Shown: in pieces, positions 28,900-37,315 of the stretch
Layout: the number at the start of each line of letters is the position of its first letter
Position numbering within the stretch: the stretch's first letter is position 1
Assembly (NCBI GenBank): GCA_003213625.1
Contig: QCMT01000001.1
Coordinates: forward strand, 100,615-164,614
DNA length: 64,000 bases
Source: OCS155 cluster bacterium AG-422-J23
Lineage (GTDB): Bacteria; Actinomycetota; Acidimicrobiia; Actinomarinales; Actinomarinaceae
Reading direction: 5' to 3'
Program-made: the position numbers and the translations under genes
The notes under the pieces: model-generated
What the model was told of the DNA's origin: nothing
The model's database searches: none
What the model saw: the letters and a program-made list of their open reading frames with translations, nothing else

Positions 28900-31491
28900 A
28901 TGAAATTATTAACTAACTTTTTTTCATCTGCTGCAACTAGATTCCCCGTAATTACAATTGTTGTCATTTTAGGAATCACTGGATTTTTTGGATACATGAC
29001 TACTCAAGCAGAGGAATTAGATACTGGATTTGGGGGAGAAATTGATACTCCAGAAATTGAAGCTCAAGGTAAACTTTCAGATTATTTTGGAGGTTCAGGA
29101 ACTCAGAGTGTTCTCCAACTTGTTTTTGAAGGTGAAGATGTCCTAACTGTTGAAGGCTATGAGACTTACACTGCAGCAATTCAAGTAATTGAAAATAGTG
29201 AATTATATGATTATCTTGTAAATGATCCGAATCAAGGATTAGTTCAAGGTTTTTTTGCTCCTATAGATGTTGCTAAAGCATTTAATCCAATGCTTGATAT
29301 TAGTAGTTTGACTGATGAGCAATTTAAACAACTTTATAAAGCTACGTCAGCACAAATGCCGCCAGAATTTCAACAATTTGCTTCTGCGCTTTTATCTAGC
29401 TCATATGATGAAGAAGCAGTAACAGCAACTGCAGGGTTGGGGATAATCACCATCAATTCTGCAATAATTCAAGGTGAATATGGATTTGATGGAGCTTTTG
29501 AAGTTCAACCAAGACTAGAAAATGAATTAAACAAAGAATTGCTTGAGCTAAGTGACGACTTTGAAAATATTGATATTGCCGGATTCTCTTTAGCATTACT
29601 TTTCGGTGATGAACAAGATGACTTTTTAGAAGAAGTAGCCCAGCTTTTTGGAGCAGCTTTTGGTATTATCTTTTTAGTTCTTGCATTTATTTTCTTTATA
29701 AAACCAACGAAAACATTTGGATTTTTTAAATCTTCTAGAAGAACCTTTGCAGATATCTTCAATAGTTTGGCTGCAATAATGCTAGCTATATTATGGATGC
29801 AAGGAATTGGAGTTGTACTTGGACCAGGTTATTTAGATATTATTGGAGCACCAAATCAACTTTCACAGATTTCAACGATCATCATTCTTGGTCTAGGAGT
29901 AGATTATGCAATTCACTTTACTGGAAGGTATAGAGAAGAATTAGGTTTAAAAAACTCAGTTAATATATCTGCTTCTAAAACATTAAGTTCTGTTGGAATT
30001 GCTTTAACGCTTGCAACGTTAGGAACAATGGTTGGGTTTTTGACAAATATAGTTTCACCACTAACTCAACTTCAGGATTTTGGAATAACAACTGCATTAG
30101 GTATTTTCTATGCATTTATTTTGGTAATGACTCTTGTTCCCGCAATCAGAACATTGCTTGATAAGAGATCAGAACGAAAGAACACAATCGATACCGATGC
30201 ATTTGCATCATCTGGAGAAAAACTCTTTAACAAATTGTCAGAAGCAACTTCAGTAATTCCTAAACGACTCAAAATTATCGCAGTTGCGTTAATTTTAGGA
30301 ATTGGTAGTTATGGTTACTATAGTTTTACAAATATATCAACAGTGTTTAATTTTACAGATTTCTTACCTTCAGATAGTCCAACGGTTAAAACATTTAATA
30401 CTTTACAAGACGAATTTGGTGGAGGATTTGGAGAAACTACTAGCGTACTAATTGAATCAGACAATGTTGCTACACCTGAAATTCATAATGCTTTAATCGA
30501 TTCGTTAAGCAATTTATCAGATGTTGAAAATGTATTAGTTTTTGCTGGGAATGCAGCCGCTGAATCAGTTGTTGGATCTCTTGGAGCTATGCTAGTACCA
30601 CCGTCAGCAAATCCTCAAGCACCTCCACCAATGCCTGATATGGCTTTAATTGGACAGTTAGGAACTTATGGCGTTCAAATTATGAGTGGACAAGGGTTAG
30701 ATGCATTAAAGGTTAGTTCTAGTGGTGATGTAGAAGGTTTATATACTTACTTGCTTGAAACAGACGAAGACACCTTTAGTACTAGCTTATATGTAAATGA
30801 AAATGATTTAATCTCAGCTATGCAAGTGAGAATTACAACCTCTGCAGGAACATCTGGAGCTGCCCAAATAAGGGATGATTTATATACTGCTTTTGAACCA
30901 CTTTCAGATCTAGGAATATTTGTTGGTGTCACATCAGATAATATAGTCACAGAAAGTGTCAATGAACTAATTAACTCATCGCAATTTCAATCGTTGGTAT
31001 TTGCAATTTTAGCCTCAATGATATTTTTAGTCCTATATTATTTGATTGATATGAGAAGACCCTTCTTAGGTGTGATAACAGTTCTTCCAGTAGCAGCAAT
31101 TGTACTTGGAACTTATATGGGTATGTATCTATTAGACATACCACTTAACCCTGTAACCTCCACATTATCAGGATTGGCAATTGGTATTGGTGTTCCGTTT
31201 GTAATTCATGTAACAAATAGATTTAGAGAAACAATCTCTTCAGGCACTGAGCCTGTTGAAGCTATCAGGACAACATTAAAAACCACGGGAGGTTCCTTAT
31301 TTGGAAGTGCATTTACAACCATGGCAGGATTTGGTATTTTAACTACGTCTTCCTTAGTTCCGTTTCAACAAATGGGAACTGTTATTCTAGTTTCTATTGG
31401 CTTTGCATTGATTGCATCACTTATGATTCTTCCTACATTTTTAGTTATTTGGGCAAATTACCATAATAGGAAAACTGCAAAAACTTTATAA
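28900..31491 (+). CDS. MMPL/RND-superfamily membrane transporter
   Basis: 863 aa. Two 6-TM bundles, each preceded by a large soluble loop. LGVDYAIHF motif. Confidence 0.8.
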   Translation: MKLLTNFFSSAATRFPVITIVVILGITGFFGYMTTQAEELDTGFGGEIDTPEIEAQGKLSDYFGGSGTQSVLQLVFEGEDVLTVEGYETYTAAIQVIENSELYDYLVNDPNQGLVQGFFAPIDVAKAFNPMLDISSLTDEQFKQLYKATSAQMPPEFQQFASALLSSSYDEEAVTATAGLGIITINSAIIQGEYGFDGAFEVQPRLENELNKELLELSDDFENIDIAGFSLALLFGDEQDDFLEEVAQLFGAAFGIIFLVLAFIFFIKPTKTFGFFKSSRRTFADIFNSLAAIMLAILWMQGIGVVLGPGYLDIIGAPNQLSQISTIIILGLGVDYAIHFTGRYREELGLKNSVNISASKTLSSVGIALTLATLGTMVGFLTNIVSPLTQLQDFGITTALGIFYAFILVMTLVPAIRTLLDKRSERKNTIDTDAFASSGEKLFNKLSEATSVIPKRLKIIAVALILGIGSYGYYSFTNISTVFNFTDFLPSDSPTVKTFNTLQDEFGGGFGETTSVLIESDNVATPEIHNALIDSLSNLSDVENVLVFAGNAAAESVVGSLGAMLVPPSANPQAPPPMPDMALIGQLGTYGVQIMSGQGLDALKVSSSGDVEGLYTYLLETDEDTFSTSLYVNENDLISAMQVRITTSAGTSGAAQIRDDLYTAFEPLSDLGIFVGVTSDNIVTESVNELINSSQFQSLVFAILASMIFLVLYYLIDMRRPFLGVITVLPVAAIVLGTYMGMYLLDIPLNPVTSTLSGLAIGIGVPFVIHVTNRFRETISSGTEPVEAIRTTLKTTGGSLFGSAFTTMAGFGILTTSSLVPFQQMGTVILVSIGFALIASLMILPTFLVIWANYHNRKTAKTL

Positions 31492-31514
31492 AAATCGTTA
31501 TTACTATAAATTAA

Positions 31515-32285
31515 GTGAACGTTTCTATTCTTCTTGAGCATATAAATAAATTAACACCTCTTAATCATGCATTTGAAGACGATAGTGTAGGTCTTTTGAT
31601 TGGGGATGAAAGTAATCAAGTAGAAAACTTGATAGTAGGTCATGAGCTTGAAGAGTCCTTACTTGAATACTGCAAAGACAATAGTATTGATACAGTAGTT
31701 ACTTATCATCCACCACCATATAAACGTAAAATCGATGAAAATGAGGTTGAAACCTATTTACCTGATCCGATTACGGAGAGTTTTCTTGATTCATCAATAA
31801 ATGTAATTTCAATACATACCGCTCAAGATGTATGCGAAGAAGGCAATGCGGAAACATTAGCTGAGTTATTTGGAATGTCTGATGTATCCATATTTGCAAA
31901 CTCAGTTGATAATTTTGGTGCGGGACGTAAGGGCAAAATCAATAAAATATCTCCAGCTGATTTAAAAAAGGATATCGAAAATAAACTAAATACAAAAATA
32001 ATTCGAACTAATGAGTATTTTAATGAAATTAAAGAAATTCAAAACATTGCAGTGTTACCTGGATCTGGTACTCAGTTTATTGATGAAATAATTGAGTCGG
32101 TAGATGTATTTATTACTGGAGATATTTCACATAGGTACTTATTAAAAGCTGATGATGCAAAATTAGGACTCATACAAGTAGGTCACATATCAACCGAAAT
32201 TCCGGGCATGAAAAAATTTGTTAAAAACCTAGAAAAAGAACTAAATTTGAAAATAAATTATATTTACAGAAATTATTATGAATGA
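31515..32285 (+). CDS. Nif3-family dinuclear metal-centre protein (YbgI/GCH1 type 2 homologue)
   Basis: GTG start. DDSVGLLIGD, VVTYHPPP, HTAQD, GHISTE. Confidence 0.8.
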   Translation: MNVSILLEHINKLTPLNHAFEDDSVGLLIGDESNQVENLIVGHELEESLLEYCKDNSIDTVVTYHPPPYKRKIDENEVETYLPDPITESFLDSSINVISIHTAQDVCEEGNAETLAELFGMSDVSIFANSVDNFGAGRKGKINKISPADLKKDIENKLNTKIIRTNEYFNEIKEIQNIAVLPGSGTQFIDEIIESVDVFITGDISHRYLLKADDAKLGLIQVGHISTEIPGMKKFVKNLEKELNLKINYIYRNYYE

Positions 32286-32985
32286 GCCATTTTTATTAAG
32301 CAATTTAGTTGAGCTTCAAGATTTAGATAATAAAATTTATAAACTTATTGCTTCAAAAAGTAATGGTGAAAATGTACTACATCTGAAATCAATGGAAATT
32401 AACTATAAAGAATTATCAGAAAAAATAACTGAAAATAAAAAAGAATTAAGTGAATTTTTTACTAAAAAAGAAGATAATGAAAAAAAAATAATATCTTTAG
32501 AACTTCAAATAAAGGAAATTGAGCAGAAATTATCAGGTGATACTTTAGATCCAAGTGAAACATTAAATTACTCAAATCAAAAAGAATCTCTAAAAATACA
32601 AATTGATAAATTTAAATTAGAAGTGGAAGAATTAAAAGAACAAAATGGGGATCAATTGAAAGTTATGAACGATCAGGAAAATTCTTTGGAAGATATTAAA
32701 AATCAATTAATTAATTTATCAAAAATTGTAAAAAATGAGTGGGATAAAATTGATAAACAAATACCTGATTTAGAAAAAGAAAAACTTGAATTTATTTCAA
32801 CTTTTCCTGATGAACTCAAAGAGTTGTATGATAATTTAAAAAAAAGAGGCTTAGAAGTTATTGCTGCTTATCGTAATGATAACCAATGTGGTTGTTGCGG
32901 GGTAGAGTTAACTTCTTCTGAAATTGAACAAATCCTAGAATCAAAATTTCAGCAATGTAGCTACTGTGATGGTGTGGTTATATGA
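32278..32985 (+). CDS. Coiled-coil protein with C-terminal C4 zinc ribbon (DUF164 family)
   Basis: Long K/E-rich heptad region ending in CGCCGVEL...CSYCDG. Canonical partner of Nif3. Confidence 0.75.
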   Translation: MNEPFLLSNLVELQDLDNKIYKLIASKSNGENVLHLKSMEINYKELSEKITENKKELSEFFTKKEDNEKKIISLELQIKEIEQKLSGDTLDPSETLNYSNQKESLKIQIDKFKLEVEELKEQNGDQLKVMNDQENSLEDIKNQLINLSKIVKNEWDKIDKQIPDLEKEKLEFISTFPDELKELYDNLKKRGLEVIAAYRNDNQCGCCGVELTSSEIEQILESKFQQCSYCDGVVI

Positions 32986-33374
32986 AGTACAAAGTTTTTT
33001 GTGATGGAGCATCTCGTTCTAACCCTGGTGAAGCTGCAATAGGTGTAAGTATAGAAACTGATGGAAAAGAAATTCATACGATATCTAAAACCATAGGAAT
33101 TGCCAGTAACAATGAGGCCGAATATTTAGCATTAGATAGTGCACTTGAATATTGCTTAAAAAATGATTTTATGAATCTCGAAATATTTCTAGATTCCAAA
33201 TTAGTTGTAGAGCAAGTAAATGGAAACTTTAAAGTAAAATCAAATAATTTAAAGCCACTAAGAGATAAAATTTTGGAGCATATTGAAATGCTTGAATTTG
33301 TAAGTATTAATCACATATACCGTGAAAACAATAAACGTGCAGACGAATTAGCCAACCTAGCTTTAGATACATAA
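32982..33374 (+). CDS. rnhA: Ribonuclease HI
   Basis: FCDGASRSNPG, NNEAEYLAL, DSKLVVEQVNG, NKRADELAN (DEDD catalytic set). Confidence 0.85.
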   Translation: MKYKVFCDGASRSNPGEAAIGVSIETDGKEIHTISKTIGIASNNEAEYLALDSALEYCLKNDFMNLEIFLDSKLVVEQVNGNFKVKSNNLKPLRDKILEHIEMLEFVSINHIYRENNKRADELANLALDT

Positions 33375-33375
33375 T

Positions 33376-33837
33376 ATGTTATTTTGGCACGTTGGGTTTT
33401 CAATTTTTATTTTTAGGTATGTTTATAAAGATTATGGCGCAGATCTAAGATATTTAGCTGGAGGAGCATTACTTCCAGATTTTGTAGATTTTTTATTCAA
33501 CATTGTTGGCTTTAAAGTTGCTTATAATCAACCTGGCCACACATTGATATTTAGTGTCACGATATTGGTCATCACAATGATACTAACTAGAAGAAAGACC
33601 GCATTTAGAAATAATTTCTTATTGGTTGCTATTGGTATTTTTCTACATCAGTTTTTAGATTTTATGTGGTTAAATCAGCATATTTTATTTTTCCCACTTC
33701 CTTTCGATTCTGTTGAAACAACTTCTAGAGGATTTTTAATTTTACTTCTTCAAGAAGTGGCTGGCTTTTCTTATTTATATTCAAAAATTAATACCGTAGA
33801 GAAAGCAGATATTTTCTTTAGAGAGGGTCTAATTTAG
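33376..33837 (+). CDS. Small integral membrane protein, possibly YdjM/DUF457-like metal-dependent hydrolase
   Basis: 153 aa, 4 hydrophobic segments. GALLPDFVD...GHTLIFSV resembles DUF457 motifs. Confidence 0.4.
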   Translation: MLFWHVGFSIFIFRYVYKDYGADLRYLAGGALLPDFVDFLFNIVGFKVAYNQPGHTLIFSVTILVITMILTRRKTAFRNNFLLVAIGIFLHQFLDFMWLNQHILFFPLPFDSVETTSRGFLILLLQEVAGFSYLYSKINTVEKADIFFREGLI

Positions 33838-34562
33838 TCTTTTTTAAGATAAAGATTAACGCTTACTAATAAAAGAAATATTGCAAAAATTGTATTTAAA
33901 ATATTTTGGCTAAGCAAAAAAGCAGTATTTGCTCCTATAATCGAGCCGATGATTCCAAAAACACCAATATACGTTCCTTGCTTAATTAAATCTGGACTAC
34001 CTTTAAGTTTTGTTATTGCAGCTGTCATTGCAGTAGGAATAGTAGCTATAAGTGAAAATCCCTGAGCAACTATATTTTCAAGACCACCGAAAATAATTAA
34101 TAATGGGATTCTTACAATACCTCCACCAATACCCAATAATCCTGACAATATACCAGTTATTAAACCTATAAAGATATAAAACATAGGATTTTCGTTGAAA
34201 GCAGATTGGAAACTCGTATTCAAAAACATTCGAATTGCAACAATTATCAATAATATTGAAAATATTCTTTCGAGGGATTTTGTTTTGATTATTGCTGTAA
34301 TCTTACTTCCAATATACCCACCAAAAATTCCTCCAATTATAAGATAAAAAATATTAAAAGTTAAAGAAATACCATTGAGTATGTATGTAAATCCACTAGC
34401 AGATGCGACAAATATGATTGCCATAGAGGAAATTCCAGTGTTAATTTTAAAATTTTTGTTTGTCATGTAAGTTAAAAGTGGAACAAATATAACACCACCT
34501 CCGACACCTAACAAACCAGAAAGTAAACCACCAACTAGTCCAATAAAAAATAATTTAAACAA
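33834..34562 (-). CDS. Sulfite exporter TauE/SafE family membrane protein
   Basis: 242 aa. Internal duplication with GLLGVGGGVIFVPLL and GLLGIGGGIVRIPLL. Confidence 0.8.
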   Translation of the reverse strand: MFKLFFIGLVGGLLSGLLGVGGGVIFVPLLTYMTNKNFKINTGISSMAIIFVASASGFTYILNGISLTFNIFYLIIGGIFGGYIGSKITAIIKTKSLERIFSILLIIVAIRMFLNTSFQSAFNENPMFYIFIGLITGILSGLLGIGGGIVRIPLLIIFGGLENIVAQGFSLIATIPTAMTAAITKLKGSPDLIKQGTYIGVFGIIGSIIGANTAFLLSQNILNTIFAIFLLLVSVNLYLKKD

Positions 34563-34565
34563 ATT

Positions 34566-35546
34566 TTATTTCTTTAACTTAGGCAAGAGCTCTTTACCTA
34601 GAAGCTCAATTGTTTTTTCTTGATTAATTGATGATATTTGAATTGTCACAATTTCTGATTCAAAATCATCTACAAGTGGTTTATAGATATCAATAAGTTC
34701 ATCAACTGTTCCTGCTCTAGAGAATTTAGACATAAGTTCTTCACGATCTAACGAATCTGCTGTTTCTCTCAATACCATTGGATCTAATTCTTGTAATCTA
34801 TTGGGTGCTCTAAGACCTCTCCAGGATTTTAGTGACTCCCATGCGTCTTCATCATTATCAGCAAACATCGTCCACCTATATGTGTGCACTCTTAATTTAG
34901 ACTTACCAAGCTCCTCAGATTTTTGCATAGATGGATTAATTACTTTTTCATATGCTTCAGCAGGATTCTTTACACTAATCATAAGTCCATCCGCATATTC
35001 TGCAGCCAGCATAGACGATTTAGGACCTCCTGCTGCCAGCCATATTGGAACTTCTTTAAGAGGAGGGGAGTATAATTTTGCAGAATCAGTTGAATAATAT
35101 TCTCCCTCGAATGTTAATTTTTCCCCAGATAGTAGTCTTCTTATTATTGTAAGAGCTTCCTTCATTCGATTAGCTCTCTCATCATATTTTGGAAAATTGT
35201 AACCTAATGGTCCCTCATTAATATTTTCTCCTGTACCAACACCAAGATGAAAAGTTGAATCTGTTAATCTATCAACTGTTGCAGATGCTTGAGCAATCAC
35301 TCCAGGATGAATTCTCCACAATGGTGTTGTAACACCTGTTCCTAAGTCCATATCTTTCAAATCTTTTGCAAGTGCTCCAAGAGTTGTCCATGTAAAATTT
35401 GAGGCTGAGTGATCGTCAACCCATGGATGAAAATGCTCAGAGATCGTGACCATATCAAATCCAGCTTTTTTTGCTAATTGTGCGTGCTTCAATAAAGTTT
35501 CAGGCTGCCATTGTTCAGAACCTAGAAAATAAGAAAATTTTGTCAT
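34566..35546 (-). CDS. LLM-class (luciferase-like) oxidoreductase, F420-dependent G6PDH-related family
   Basis: 326 aa. FSYFLGSEQWQPETLL...FDMVTISEHFHPW resembles the FGD-family N-terminus. Confidence 0.7.
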   Translation of the reverse strand: MTKFSYFLGSEQWQPETLLKHAQLAKKAGFDMVTISEHFHPWVDDHSASNFTWTTLGALAKDLKDMDLGTGVTTPLWRIHPGVIAQASATVDRLTDSTFHLGVGTGENINEGPLGYNFPKYDERANRMKEALTIIRRLLSGEKLTFEGEYYSTDSAKLYSPPLKEVPIWLAAGGPKSSMLAAEYADGLMISVKNPAEAYEKVINPSMQKSEELGKSKLRVHTYRWTMFADNDEDAWESLKSWRGLRAPNRLQELDPMVLRETADSLDREELMSKFSRAGTVDELIDIYKPLVDDFESEIVTIQISSINQEKTIELLGKELLPKLKK

Positions 35547-35577
35547 CTCTGTAGATTAATAACATTGAATTTTTAGG

Positions 35578-35603
35578 TGGGTGCCTCAGTAAAGAGGCAC
35601 CCA
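35578..35603 (-). terminator. Perfect 9-10 bp GC-rich stem-loop just 3' of rnpB (terminator or processing hairpin)
   Basis: GGGTGCCTC (35579-87) / GAGGCACCC (35594-602), 6-nt loop. No clear U-tract on the minus strand; TTTT follows on the plus strand. Confidence 0.5.
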
Positions 35604-35606
35604 AGT

Positions 35607-35940
35607 TTTCGTAAGGCTATAAGCCGGATTCTGTTAACACATAGTGTAAGATAATCATCCATCTTGTATATTTGTTACCAAATATATCTAGCTACCTACC
35701 CACAATTTTTAGCCGAGCAAGCTAATTGCTTTTTGGTATTGCTCCGAGAGGGGTTTACAAGCTAATTTAATTTCTTAAATTACTGGTAGTCTCTTACACT
35801 ACCTTTTCACCCTTACCTAACCAAGTAGGCGGTTTACTTTCTGTTGCACTTTCCGTCAATTTCTTGCCTGGGAGTTACCCAGCTCTCTGCTCTTTGGAGT
35901 CCGGACTTTCCTCGATAAATCGCGATTATCCACCTCACAA
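35607..35940 (-). ncRNA. rnpB: RNase P RNA, bacterial type A
   Basis: The reverse complement contains GAGGAAAGTCCGGACTCC (CR-I), ACAGAAAGTAAACCGCC, GGTAAGGGTGAAAAGG and ACAGAATCCGGCTTATAGCC (CR-V). The P1 helix is formed by GTGAGGT (5') with GCCTTAC (3'). No ORF here, and GC is higher than in the flanks. Confidence 0.92.
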
Positions 35941-35966
35941 TTTAACAATAGTATTAATTCGTTCTC

Positions 35967-36464
35967 TTATGGAAAATTATTTATTATTTCTTCTACATTT
36001 GAAAGGCTTAATGGACCAATAAATTTTTTTACGATTTCTCCATTTACAATTATATGTGTTTCAGGAACACCGAAAACACCTGAATCAATTGCTAATTTAC
36101 TCTGAGTATCTACTGCATAAATTATTTGGCCATATCCATAATTATTTAAAAATTCAATCGCATTATCTCTGCTATCCTGAAAACTTACCATTGCAACTTT
36201 TCCTTCTAATTTTTTTGTTTCTGCAAGAGAAATTAATAGTTCATGTTCCTCTATACACTCCAAACACCATGAGGCCCAATAATTTATAATTAAAAAATTA
36301 GTATCAAGTTCTTTTACATCAACATTTTCAAGCAATGGTTCTAGATCAAGATTTGAAATTATAATTTTATCTGAATTAAGATCAGACGAATTAGAACACA
36401 AGGAAAAGAAGAGAACAATAAACAAAATTGAAAATTTACTTTTCATAATTTTCAAGAATTTCAC
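35967..36464 (-). CDS. ccmG: Thioredoxin-fold thiol:disulfide oxidoreductase, CcmG/DsbE/ResA-like
   Basis: WASWCLEC (CxxC). N-terminal signal/lipobox-like LFFSLC. Last gene of the ccm array. Confidence 0.75.
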   Translation of the reverse strand: MKFLKIMKSKFSILFIVLFFSLCSNSSDLNSDKIIISNLDLEPLLENVDVKELDTNFLIINYWASWCLECIEEHELLISLAETKKLEGKVAMVSFQDSRDNAIEFLNNYGYGQIIYAVDTQSKLAIDSGVFGVPETHIIVNGEIVKKFIGPLSLSNVEEIINNFP

Positions 36465-36966
36465 TGATAAATATTTTATCGTCTTTGCTTAACTTATCTG
36501 ATTTAATAACTGAGTTTAGTATTTCTACTCCATCAGCTTTTGTTTCAGGATCTTGTATGTATATGATTCCAAGATATGATTTGGCAACTAAAGAATCACT
36601 ATTTATTTTTAGTGATTCGTTTATATAAGTTGTTGCTACTTCAACATTATTTGATTCAAATACCATCCAACCAATCTGGGCTAATGCAAAACTTTTTAAT
36701 TCACTATCAGCGCTATTTTCTGCAATATACATGTAGTGTGGAAGAGCCTCAGAATAGTTGACTTCATCAAAGTATCTGTTTGCTAATGCCATTCTCATAG
36801 GATGTATATCAGGATTTTCTAATATGACAGCTTCCATTTCATCATTTGATACATTTGATAAGTTTGTATTGAACTCATCATTAAACTCTGAATTGTTTCC
36901 AACGTTGATGAAAAGAATAACGACAAATAATAGTACAGAAAGAGAGGATAAAATCCATTTAGTCAT
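36436..36966 (-). CDS. ccmI: TPR-repeat cytochrome c biogenesis factor (CcmI/CycH C-terminal-like)
   Basis: N-terminal TM helix followed by TPR-like repeats (MRMALANRYFDEVNYSEALPHYMYIAE...). Sits between ccmH and ccmG. Confidence 0.55.
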   Translation of the reverse strand: MTKWILSSLSVLLFVVILFINVGNNSEFNDEFNTNLSNVSNDEMEAVILENPDIHPMRMALANRYFDEVNYSEALPHYMYIAENSADSELKSFALAQIGWMVFESNNVEVATTYINESLKINSDSLVAKSYLGIIYIQDPETKADGVEILNSVIKSDKLSKDDKIFISEILENYEK

Positions 36967-37315
36967 TGCTCACCTTTTTATAAAAAAGTACTCCAAAAAC
37001 AAGACCAAAAATTATTGGAAATAAAATTAAAAAATAATTTGAATTTTGGGGGTTGGTATTTATTCTTTCACCAAATCTTGCTGTCCAGTAGTCCATTATT
37101 TGTTTGTCACTCATTCCATTATCAATCTGCTCTTTTAAAACTGATCTCATGTCATCCGCATATTCTGATGGCGAATCAAAAAGAGTCTCACCTTGGCATA
37201 CTGGACATAATAAGCTCTTACTTAATTTTTCATATCTTGAGTTATTATCTTCATAAATAACTAAAGGTAAAAGTAAAAGGGTAAGTAGTAAAATAATGGA
37301 TATGTATTTATTCAT
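36959..37315 (-). CDS. ccmH: Cytochrome c-type biogenesis protein CcmH
   Basis: LLCPVCQGETL (CxxC), signal helix and C-terminal TM. Start set to MNKYIS (ATGA overlap with the ccmF stop) rather than track 37366. Confidence 0.8.
   Translation of the reverse strand: MNKYISIILLLTLLLLPLVIYEDNNSRYEKLSKSLLCPVCQGETLFDSPSEYADDMRSVLKEQIDNGMSDKQIMDYWTARFGERINTNPQNSNYFLILFPIIFGLVFGVLFYKKVSND

Noticed and set aside
35547-35966. 420-bp ORF-free region considered as a degraded gene, mobile-element scar or riboswitch
   Set aside because: The reverse complement carries the universally conserved RNase P RNA blocks (GAGGAAAGTCCGG, GGTAAGGGTGAAA, ACAGAAUCCGGCUUA) and a P1 pairing. It is therefore rnpB plus a hairpin.
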